From Dictyostelium discoideum (taxonomy: Eukaryota), in NCBI GenBank assembly GCA_000004695.1, contig CM000150.2, forward strand, positions 1,536,001 to 1,600,000: a DNA stretch of 64,000 nt, given 5' to 3'. A model generated the notes under the pieces. It had not been told where the DNA came from, made no database searches, and saw only the letters and a list, made by a program, of their open reading frames with translations. Of this stretch, positions 41,150-55,384 are shown piece after piece. Each line of letters begins with the position of its first letter. The stretch's first letter is position 1. Both the position numbers and the translations under genes were made by a program.

Positions 41150-42814
41150 TTAACATTCATTAGTTAATGGCTCATTAAATAATTTTTTATGTGGGTTATG
41201 ATTATTTTTAATTTTTGAATCTGGTAAAATACTATTGCAAACTATATAAAAGTTTTCATTATATTCATTATTATTATTATTATTATTTAAATTATTAAAA
41301 ATTAAATTATTATTTCCATCATTATCATTATCATTATCTTCATTATCATTCATTTTAACTAACCATGCATCAGGTAAAATAAAAAATTGAAAACCTTGTG
41401 ATGCCATAGAAAAAGTGAATGAAATTTTATCATAATCGTTGGTGGTGGTGGATGATGATAATGTTGATGATGATGGGTACTCTTTGAAAATACGTTCATC
41501 ATAAAATTCTAATAATTGAGATTTATTATATAATAAGTATGGATCATACATCCAACTATATTCAATTTTATAAGGTGATGGATTTGTTGTATCAATTAAT
41601 GAAAACCATTTATTATAATTTGTTGGTGATTGACATTTTAAACATGACTTTTTATTTAAAATTTCAATTAATTTATCATCATAAATAAATGTTTGTAATT
41701 GAAATTTAGTTTCTGGTAAATCATATCTGTTAACTTTTTTTAATGGTTTATTTATTTTTGTTGTTATTTTTGTATTTGTTGTTGCAGATGTTGTTGTTGT
41801 TGTTGACATTGTTGTTGACATTGTTGATATTGTTTTATTTTTATTTTCTAATGTTGTCTTTTTGAGTGTTGAAATTGGTGTTGGAGATTGTGTAGATATT
41901 GTGGTTGGTGCTGTTTTTGTTGAGATTGACGTTAATTGAAATGATGGGACTACAAATGATACTAAATCGCTATTTATTAATTTTTTACTTGGTTGAAGTG
42001 ATGTATATAAAGTTCTTTCTAGATATTGATATATACCATAGTTTGGTAAATAATCAATGTCAATTGTTAAAATCCAATCGGTTTTTGAATTTTTTAATGA
42101 TAAATTTCTTAATGAATTAATTGGATAATAATAATAGTTGAGATTATCTTCCTCATTTGTATTAATTTTATTTTTATTTATAATATTATTATTATTATTA
42201 TTAATAATTGAGTCACTATCTTCATTCCAATATAAGAAATGAAAATCAACAAATTCAGATACTGATAAACTATTTCTAATTAATTTATAAACACTGTCTA
42301 TATCATTTTTATTTTTAATTAAAACTGATGCTGAAATAGGTGCCCTCCAAATATCTGCAATCATTGCAATCTTTTCCATATTTTCAATTGGGACATGTGT
42401 TACTATTGAAATTTCGAATCCATCTTCCTAAATAAATAAATAAATTTAATTAATTTTATTTTTATAATATGTATTAAAAAAAAAAAAAAAAAAAATTAAT
42501 AAGTACATTTCTTAATGCTTTATATGCAAATGGTTCATATTGAAATGATTTAATTAAGCCTTTTTTATTTTTAAATTGTTTATGATTTTTTGGAATATTA
42601 TTTTTGTTATTCTTATTATTGTTAATTGGTTCATTGATTAAATTGGGTGAGTTTTTTTGATCAATGTTTGAAATTTTATTAATTTTAATGTTTTTATCTT
42701 TTTTTGCTTCCATACTCCAAATCAAAAAAAAACATAAAAAAACTATAAATACTATTGATATGAAAATCTGAAATGGTTTATTTTTTACACCCTTTTCTTT
42801 ATTGTTATTAATTC

Positions 42815-42845
<31 letters not shown>

Positions 42846-42881
42846 ATTATTATTATTATTATATAAGGGTAGGTATGACAT
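41150..42881 (-). CDS. Type II membrane (signal-anchor) protein, probably a Golgi glycosyltransferase-like protein; 2 exons proposed (42881..42507, 42427..41150; ~550 aa)
   Basis: ORF 42881..42474 encodes a poly-Asn cytoplasmic tail and then a TM segment (FQIFISIVFIVFLCFFLIWS). ORF 42379..41150 is open upstream in frame back to an acceptor tatttatttag (AG at 42429/42428). The two are joined by a phase-0 splice whose donor would be the non-canonical GTACTT after 42507. The luminal domain has a Thr/Ser-rich stem and no motif I can name. Confidence 0.4.
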
Positions 42882-43091
42882 TATTTTTTTATTTTTTTTT
42901 GTTTTTTTTATTTTTCTTTAAATTATAAAATGTATATATAATGAAATATTAAATTGTATTTTAATTTAATAAAATGAATTTAATAAAAAAAAAAAAAAAA
43001 AATTAATAATTAAAAAAAAAAAAAAAAAAACAAATCATTTTTTTTAAATAAATTATTTTTTGATTTTATTATTTTTTTTTTTTTTTTTTGA

Positions 43092-43212
<121 letters not shown>

Positions 43213-44248
43213 ATTTTTACTTTTATTATTATTTTTATTATTTTGGAAAGGGGTTTTCCTTAATTTTATTTTTTTTATCTGCAGATTGATTTGATCTTTA
43301 TTTTTATTTGATTTTTTTTATTTTTTATTTAATTTTTTTTTTTTTGATTTTAATAATTCCTTTTAAACTTTTTCATATTTTTTTTATTTTTTTATTTTTT
43401 ATTTTTTTTATTTTTATTTTTATAAAAAGAAACTTGGAAATCAAAAAAAAAAAGGTTTAAAAAAAAAAAAGGTTTAAAAAAAAAAAAGGTTTAAAAAAAA
43501 AAAAAAAATAGATACTGGAATAATTAAATTAAATATAACACGTTTGCATAAATGATGATATAAATACTATTTTTAGAATTTATTTCACCATTTGAGTACT
43601 TGATATTTTTTTTTTTTTTTTTTTTTTTTTTGATTTCAAATACCGATAATTATAATCGTTCGTTTTTGAATATTTTTATTTTTTTTTTTTTATTTTTTTT
43701 ATTTTTTTATTTTTTTATTTTTAATTTTTTTTTTTTTTTTGAAAAAAAAGATTCTTTTTTAAAGTTTGATTCCAGCCTCTACACTTTTTTTTTAAAATTT
43801 TAATTTCTAGAATAATACATATAGTCTCCATAATTCATATAAAATTATAATTTTATGACTTTATTCCTTTTTTAATATTTTAAACATATTTTAAAATTAA
43901 AATTTTTTTTTTTTTTAATTTTTTAATTTTTTTTTTTTTTTTTTTTTTTATTTTTTCATCCTTTTTTTTTTTTTTTTTTTTTTTTCATTAATAACTAAAA
44001 AAAAAAAAAAATTGTGGGTTACCCCCTCACAAATAGTATCAATATTAATAGTAATAATAAAATTAATAACAGTAACAATAACCAATCATAAATATTCAAT
44101 ACTATAGTTTTTTTTTTTTTTTTATAAATTTTTAAAAATAGGTATAATAAAAATATAAGAAATCAAATAAAAATAAAATAAAATAAAAAAATAAACAAAA
44201 TTCTTCTTTATCTCTTAATCTCACAAAATAAAACAATGTATATAGAAT

Positions 44249-44284
<36 letters not shown>

Positions 44285-44520
44285 ACACAGGAAAAAAAAA
44301 AAAAAAAAAAAAAAACACAAACTTAAATTTAATAAATAAAATAAATTAATTTAAATTTTAAAATTAATATTTTGTATTGTATCGATAGAACATAAAACCT
44401 TAAAAAAATAAGAAATAAATAATATTTTTTGTATAATAATTAAAAAGTTTTTTTTTTTTTTTTTTTATTTTTTTGTTTGGAATAAATTAAAGAAAAAAAA
44501 AAAAAAAAACAAAACAAAAA

Positions 44521-45951
<1,431 letters not shown>

Positions 45952-46310
45952 TAATAATTATAATATTGGTATCTTAATGGGCGCTTTAGGTAGTAATAAT
46001 TAATAATAAAAAATCAAAATCAAAATCAACAAAACAACTAGAAACAAAAGAAAAAAAAAAAAAAAAAAAAAAAACACATTGGTAGATTATATATAATTTA
46101 TACATTCACTATTTATAAAGAAAAAAAATATCTTTTCTTTATTTTTTTATCATTTATTATTTTTTTTTCCAATATCTAAAATCTAAAACAAACAAATAAA
46201 TATAAATAAAATTGTACATATCTTTTTTTTTTTTTTTTTTTCCAATTAAAAAATATCTATTAAATAAACACTATTTTTTAGTTTTTTTAAACCAAAAAAA
46301 AAGAATTAAT

Positions 46311-47530
46311 TTAATCATCAAATTCTCTCTTTTTTTTATTTATTGGTAATCTTGGAGGATAAGGTATTGGTTTTGAAAAAGCATTTGGTAATGGTAATGG
46401 TAATTCTTTAAAATAAGGATGATCTAAAGCTTCAGATGCAGTTATTCTTTTTGAGGGATCATATAGGATCATTTTTGAGAGTAAATCATAGGCTTGACTA
46501 TTTTCATCGATACCAACACATTTTGCTAATGAATTTGGAAAAGCTTCCATACTTGATAACCTTTTCCATTCTGGTAAATGTTTAATATCTGGCCACATAT
46601 CTAAAGTTGGTTTACCTAATACTCTAATTATCTTTTCAACTTGATCATCTTGAAATAGTGATGGAATCTTTGGATCTTTCTCTTTGCCAGGGAATAAAGG
46701 TTTGGTTGTAATTAGTTCAGCGAAAATACAACCAATCGCCCAAATATCCACAGCCCTCGTATAATGCTTTGAGCCTAGTAATAGTTCGGGCGACCTATAC
46801 CAAATGGTCACAACTACACCATTCTCGTTCAATGGTTTCAATGGTGATTGAAATATTCTTGCAAGCCCAAAATCACCAATTTTCACAGTACCACATTCTT
46901 TTCCTTCTCCCATCACTAAAATATTCGATGGCTTTAAATCCCTATGTATTACCCAATTACTATGTAGATAATGTATACCATTCAATACTTGCCATATTAA
47001 TGATTTAATTGTTGCGTCTGAAAAATGACTTCCATTCTCTCTATGATACTTTATAATTCCAAATAAATCAAATTCTGCATAATCAAATATTAAATATAAT
47101 AACTTATCTTTTGGATTTAAACAAACATCTAATAATTTAACTATATTTTCATTTGATAATTCTTTTAATAACTTTTATAATAATTAGTTAGTATGTAATA
47201 GTTTATTATATATTTATTATTTATTATTTATTATTTATATATACTTACACCAATTTCTCTATATGCAGTTAAAGATAAACCTTCACCTTCTTTTGTACTT
47301 CTAAATTTTTTAACGGCCACTTTATTGTTTGGCCTTTTTTTATCATCTGCTTTATAAACCATACCGTATGTACCTGAACCAATTTCATAACTAAATGTAT
47401 ATTTCTCTTGAACGTCTAATCTATATGTTGATGTTAAAACTATTGGTGAAAATGTTGATGACCCACCACCACCACCACCACCGCCACTACCACCACCATT
47501 TTGATTACTACTTTGATTATGTGTGTTCAT
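46311..47530 (-). CDS. cdk8: Cyclin-dependent kinase 8-like protein kinase, 2 exons (47530..47249, 47171..46311; ~380 aa)
   Basis: Exon 1 encodes [25 protein letters not shown]...[14 protein letters not shown]...VAVKKF...SLTAYREIG and ends at a GTAAGT donor. The acceptor ttataaaag (AG at 47173/47172) joins to [14 protein letters not shown]...[78 protein letters not shown]. The GTVKIGD(M/F)G and SPLKPL...VVT(F/I)WYR(A/S)PELLLG motifs are diagnostic of CDK8/CDK19. Confidence 0.85.
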
Positions 47531-48141
47531 TTTTATTTATATTTATATTTATATTTATATTTATATTTTAATTTGTATGTTTATGAGAGAGCGTGTGTGT
47601 GTATGTATGTATATATATATATTTTAAATTTAATACTTGTTTAAATTTTAACTACACAAATAATTTTTTTTCAAATTATAATCTTTAATTTTTTTTTTTT
47701 TATTTTATTAATTTTTTTTTATTCTTGATAAAATTTAATTTCTTTTTTTATTTTTATTTTTTTTTATTAATTAAAAATATATTTTTTTTTTTTTTCATTT
47801 TTTTTTTTTTCATTTTTTTTTTTTTTTTTTTCATTTTTTTTTTTTCATTTTTTTTTTTTTTTTTTATTTATTTATACAATCATTTCCATAACAATACAAC
47901 AACGGCTTTAAAGCTGTATTAAAATGCTTTTTTTCTTTTAAAAATAATTGTTATTTAAAAAAATAGTGTTTTTAATAATAAAAAAAAAAAAAAAAAACCA
48001 TATATATATTTATAAATAGTTCAATTTTTAATAAAAGAGACTTTTTTTTTTTTCTTTTTTTTTAAAAATTTTGTTGAAATTTAAAAATAAAAAAAAAAAA
48101 AAAAAAAAAAAAAATTTAAAAAAACATTTGTTAAATTTAAT

Positions 48142-48170
48142 AACACACACCCCACTCTCAAAACATTCAC
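48142..48170 (+). promoter_or_regulatory. CA-rich element (aacacacaccccactctcaaaacattcaca) ~90-110 bp upstream of the 48255 ATG
   Basis: Near-identical core to 26483-26500 (ACACACACCC[C]ACTCTCA). Confidence 0.3.
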
Positions 48171-48254
48171 ATAAATAAATACTATATATAAAAAAAAAAA
48201 AAAAAAAAAAAAAGTTAAAAAATAGATAGAATTAATAATAAGCATAAACAAAGG

Positions 48255-50243
<1,989 letters not shown>

Positions 50244-50254
50244 ATTTATCATTT

Positions 50255-50290
<36 letters not shown>

Positions 50291-50564
50291 CCAATTTATT
50301 TTTAATATAAAAAAAGAAAAGAAATAAAAATTGTTATTAAAAATAAAAATATTAATAAAAAGAAACAATATCTTATACAAAATTTTTTAAATTACAACTT
50401 TTTCCACTTTTTTTTTTCATTATTTTTTTTATTTTTTTCACTTTTTTTCTATTTTTGTCACTTTTTTTTTCTACTCACTTTTTTTTTTTCTTTTTTTCTT
50501 TTTTTCTTTTTTTTTATATTTTTTTCACTTTTTTTTTTTTTTCTTTTCACTTTTTTTTATTAAA

Positions 50565-50993
50565 ATGTCAATACTAGAATCAATACCAAAATTAAATATT
50601 TATTTACAAAGATTAATATTAACACAATGTTGGAATCATAAATTTATAGAAATTGAAAGAAATAATAATGGAAGATTGATTAGTTGGAAGATTGATTTGT
50701 GCTTTGTTTCAAAAAGTTGGTTCAATTTTATCCAAAGTGTACTTTATGATTCATATATTATAATAAAACCGTTTGAAATGATTTTAAACTTTAAATCCAA
50801 ATTTTCAATATTTCAAACTCCACCTTCGAAATTAGAAATTTCTTCAAATTCATATATTCAATTATTATCACATTTAACAAATGAAGAGTTAAGATATAAT
50901 TTCTTTTCAAATTTAAAAATTTTAATTTTTTCATATAATAGTGGTAGTAGGTTATTAATTTATTTATTATTATTATTTATTATTTATTATTAA
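50565..50993 (+). CDS. Hypothetical ORF (142 aa), possibly the 5' exon of the downstream 51066..52451 gene
   Basis: ATG-initiated ORF. The downstream ORF has no ATG near its 5' end (its first codon is TTG) but is open to an acceptor (aataaag at 51053, or ttaatag at 51097). No canonical GTA donor in a compatible phase was found in 50941-50952; the only option is the weak GTTATT at 50951. Confidence 0.35.
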   Translation: MSILESIPKLNIYLQRLILTQCWNHKFIEIERNNNGRLISWKIDLCFVSKSWFNFIQSVLYDSYIIIKPFEMILNFKSKFSIFQTPPSKLEISSNSYIQLLSHLTNEELRYNFFSNLKILIFSYNSGSRLLIYLLLLFIIYY

Positions 50994-51065
50994 TTATTTT
51001 ATTTACTAATCCTTTTTTATTTATTTCTAATTAAAAAAAAAAAAAAAAATAAAGATGATTTAAAC

Positions 51066-51695
51066 TTGGATTCATTTAAATATTTATTTTTTAATAGTAA
51101 ACAATTTAAATCAATTAAAATCAATTTCCTTTTATTTAATGAAGTTAATGTAAGTAGAAAAACAAAAACAGGTATATTGGAGGGTTTATATAAATCATTA
51201 ATTGATTTAAATGATGGTGATGGTAATTGTTTAATTGAAAATTTGGAACTAAATTCATTTTGTTATGAAAATGAATTTAAGAATTATTTTGAAAATTTAT
51301 TAAAAATTATTGGATCAAATTTAAAGAGATTAGTAATAAACAATTGCCCAACAAAAGAAATGATTGAAACTATTGTTAATGAATGTAATCAATATAAATT
51401 GGAAGAGTTAATAATACCATCGATGTTTGAATCATTGGATGATACTGTTGGTACAATAGAATTATTAAAACAAAGTGTACTTTCCAAATCTTTAAAATCT
51501 TTCTCAACTTCAATGCTTTCACAAGAAGAACTTCATCCATACGATTTCGATCATCAAGTTTATCAATTATTTAAAGAATTTTTAATTTCGATGTCTGGAA
51601 ATTTAAAACGTTTATCAATTGCATTATTAAATGGACTTGATAAAAAAGGTGGTGATGGTGGTAGATTTAAAGTTAATAATAATACTAGTAATAAC

Positions 51696-51774
<79 letters not shown>

Positions 51775-52451
51775 GTGGTAGTGGTGGTGATAGTACTAAA
51801 TTATTTGAATTAATAAAATATATTTTACTTGATAGTTCAATAGAATCAATAGAAGGTGATTTTATTTTTTCAAATTATTTTTTACCTTTAAAAGAGATAA
51901 CAATAAAAAAGGATTTAAAAATTTTAGGTGTCAATAGTAATGATAATAATGAAGAATTGATTAATCAGATATCAACATCAGAATTTAATAAAAATGAACC
52001 AGTTAAAATTTATATTGGATTTCCATCAATCTCAACATTGTTTTTACAATTTTTAAAATGTGAATCAATTTTAATCGATATTTTTCAACATAACAATTTA
52101 AATATTAATCAATTAATTGACTCAATTAAAAGGAATTGTTATTTTAAATTTGTAGAGATTAATTTCGCTGTATTTTCAAATTTAAAGAATCCAATATCAC
52201 CATTACTTTTAAATCAGTCCATTGAAATCTTAGATTCAAAGAGTAATAATATCAATCATTTAATATTATCATTACATTCAGTTAAAGATGTTCAATCAAT
52301 TTTAAAGAAATTTAATGATTTAAAATTACAAAATATTAATTCCATTTTAATGTGGTGTGAATCAACATTTATTAAATATGAAAATAAGAAATCTATTAAT
52401 AGAGATTTAAAATTTTATTTTGAAAATAAATTTAAATTAATAAATAATTAA
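51066..52451 (+). CDS. Hypothetical Leu/Ile/Asn-rich protein (461 aa as the ORF stands) with a poly-Asn tract; possibly leucine-rich-repeat-like
   Basis: Long open frame. Repeated L..L..N..L-type spacing (LKRLVINNCPTKEMIETIVNECNQYKLEELIIPSMFESL; NLKRLSIALLNGL). The true 5' end is unresolved (see previous feature). Confidence 0.45.
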
Positions 52452-52544
52452 GTCCTTTTTATTTTATTTTTTCTTTTAAAATAAACCACAATTTAAAAAT
52501 TTCTAAATCTTATTTCATTTCATTTTATTTTATTTTATTTTATT

Positions 52545-53537
52545 TTATTTTCTAAAGAAATACCATAATAAAAATACAATTATTAAAACTATAACCATAC
52601 CACTATATACAATAACTTTATCTTGATGTTGTCTTCTTTTAATCCTTTGAATGACTGAACGAGATAAACCCAATGTATTTGCAATATCATATATTTTTTT
52701 ATTTACACCCTATAAATTATAATATAAAAATTAAAAAATGGTTATTATTATTATTATTATTATTACTATTAATTTCCAAAATAATTGATTTTTTTAAAAA
52801 AAATATAATAATAATAATTACTTTTAATTTTGAATTTTGACCAACTAAATTATAAATTATGCTATTACCCATTTCTGTGAGTGAATCTAAAGTTGAATTA
52901 CCATCATTTAAATGTTTATTCTCTTTCATTAAATTACCAATTGCTGAACTTTCACCAGCTTTTCTTCTACCCATTAATTTATTTTTTTCTTCTTCTTCCA
53001 TTTGTTTCTTATATTTAGTTTGTAAAAACATATCTAATGATTTTCTTAATGATTTACTTTCTTCAACTAATTGTTTTACTTTTCTAAAATTTTTTAATTT
53101 TTTTATTATTATTAATAATCTTTATTTTTTATTTTTTTTTTTTTTATAATTATTATTAGTAGAAAAATAATAATAATAATTATTTACATTCTCCATATTT
53201 CTCTTTTTGCAATTGGTTCGTTTGAAACCATACCATCAATTTGGTCTGATAATCTAGAAAGTTGGTTTATATTTGTTGATAGTTTGCTTTGAATGATAAC
53301 TGAAGTATCAGTTCCAGTTTCAAGTGTTTCTAAATCATTTCTAATTGAAAATAATAATTTATTGGCTTGTTTGTATAAATCGTCTAATCCACTACCACTG
53401 CTACTACCACTTCCATTATCACGATTCGAAGTATCACGATGTTGAAGATTACTTATTGAACTTATATTATTACTACTGCTGCTGCTGTTTGTTGAATATC
53501 CATATCCATATCCATTTCCACTATCGTTACTGTACAT
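52545..53537 (-). CDS. Membrin/GOSR2/Bos1-family Qb-SNARE, 3 exons (53537..53188, 53083..52822, 52709..52545; ~258 aa), C-terminal tail anchor
   Basis: Exon 1 (MYSNDSGNGYGYGYS...LDDLYKQANKLLFSIRNDLETLE...) ends at a GTAAAT donor, phase 2. Exon 2 runs from the acceptor aaaattttag through ...QNSKLK and a GTAATT donor, phase 0. Exon 3 runs from the acceptor atttatag and encodes GVNKKIYDIANTLGLSRSVIQRIKRRQHQDKVIVYSGMVIVLIIVFLLWYFFRK-stop. That matches the membrin SNARE-motif end and TM anchor (human [38 protein letters not shown]). Confidence 0.65.
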
Positions 53538-54744
53538 TTTTATTTTATTTTTTTTAATTTAGACCCCATGCAAAAATGAAATTCTAATTAATTTTTTTTT
53601 TTTTTAAAAAAAAAAAAATAAAAATTAAAAAAAAAAAAAAAAAAAATAAATAAAAAAAAAAAAAAATAAATAAAAAAAAAAATAAAAAAAAAAAATAAAT
53701 AAAAAAAAAAAAAAATAAAAACAGAAATTATTATTTACATGTTATTTTTTATTAAACCCTCTTTTAATTTTGAAAAAATAATAAAAAAAATTTTTATTTA
53801 AAAAAAAAAAAAAAAAAATTTAGGATTTTAAAATTAATTTTGTTTAAATAAAGAAAATATCAAGTTATAATAATAAAAAAAAAATACTTTAAAATAATTA
53901 ATAAAACTATTTATAATATTAAAGAATTTTGAATTTTTTTTAGATTTTAAATAATTACTTGTGAGATCTAAATCTAGATCTTAAGTAATAATAGAAGTTA
54001 GTATTGTATATAATTTTTTAAATTGATACTTAAAACTAATAGTTAATTTTATTATATAATTTATGGGAACCTTAAATTTTAATTTTGTATTAATTTGATT
54101 CTTCGAAATTATCTTTAAATTATGAAAACCAATTTTGGAGAATTAATTAATTTTTAAAAATGTCGTGTGATATTTGTAGGAAAATTAAAATTTTTTGTTA
54201 ACCAATATTGAATCGATTAACCTTTATCTATAATTATCAAAATTAAGATTAAAAATGAGTTTGGTATTGGTCCTAAATTTTTTATTTTTTATTTAATTTT
54301 AATTTTTTTTTAAAAAATCATTTCCATTTCTTTTTTAAAAATTGTTTATAGATTTAAAAGCTTGAAGTCAACTTAGGTATTATTTTTTATAAACTGGTTA
54401 ACGTGATTTAATTTTTCTATAATTAATAATAAAAAATAAGATTCTAAACAAAAACATAAAATCTTCTTTTAATTAAAAAAACAAAAAAATTAAAAAAAGA
54501 AAAAAAATTTCCTTTTTTGGGTATTTTTTTTTTAAAATAGTAATTTTTTTATTTTTTTTATTTAAATTCCATTTTTTTTTTATTTTTCATTTTTGGTTTT
54601 GTTTTTTTTTTTTTTTTTTAATATAAAAACAAGACAAAACAAAACAAAAAAATAAATAAAAAAAATCAAATAATTAAAAAAAATCAAATTAAATCAAATA
54701 AAATCAAATTAAATCAAATAAAATCAAACAAAATAAAATAAAAA

Positions 54745-55284
54745 ATGTTAATTAATAAAGATAAATTCAACGAAGAATATTGGATTAAAAAATTAGATTT
54801 AGAACCTCATGTTGAAGGAGGAAGATTTAAAGAAGTATTGAGAAGTGTTGAAATTGATAATCAAGGTATGGAAATATGTAATTTTACATCAATTTATTAT
54901 TTATTAAATGGAGAGTCAAAATCACATTTCCACAGACTCGCAAATTCAGATGAAGTTTGGTATTATCATTTTGGTGGAACATTAACAATACATTGTATTT
55001 ACCCAAATGGAACTTATGAAAAGGTACTACTAGGTCCGAATGAAGGTGAGATTTTACAATTCAATGTTACCAAAAATACAATCTTTAGTGCATCATATGA
55101 TAATGAAAATAATAATCAATCATCAAATTATAATTATTGTTTAGTTGGTTGTATGGTTTGTCCAGGTTTTCAATATAGTAATTTTGAATTTTTAAAAAAA
55201 TCAGATCTATTAAATTTATACCCACAACATTCAAAATTAATTAAAACATTCGCATTTGATACTTTACCAGAAATGCCAATGTAG
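54745..55284 (+). CDS. Cupin-fold protein of the DUF985 (cupin_5) family, 179 aa
   Basis: N-terminal LDLEPHVEGGRFKEV and the downstream pattern YYLL.G.S.SHFHRL..SDEVWYYH.G are characteristic of DUF985 (yeast YML079w-like) proteins. Confidence 0.7.
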   Translation: MLINKDKFNEEYWIKKLDLEPHVEGGRFKEVLRSVEIDNQGMEICNFTSIYYLLNGESKSHFHRLANSDEVWYYHFGGTLTIHCIYPNGTYEKVLLGPNEGEILQFNVTKNTIFSASYDNENNNQSSNYNYCLVGCMVCPGFQYSNFEFLKKSDLLNLYPQHSKLIKTFAFDTLPEMPM

Positions 55285-55384
55285 GGGTGGGGAAGAGGGA
55301 TAGGGAGAGGGGGATCAATGTAATTAATAAATATGTATCTTTTTTTATTACACATTAATTATTTATTTATTTATTTATTTATTA

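Noticed and set aside
53930-54460. Complex (non-homopolymeric) intergenic sequence with short palindromes (agatctaaatctagatct, cttaag)
   Set aside because: No ORF, no recognisable RNA motif and no repeat copy elsewhere in the window. It is likely promoter or UTR sequence for the flanking SNARE or cupin genes and too weak to call.
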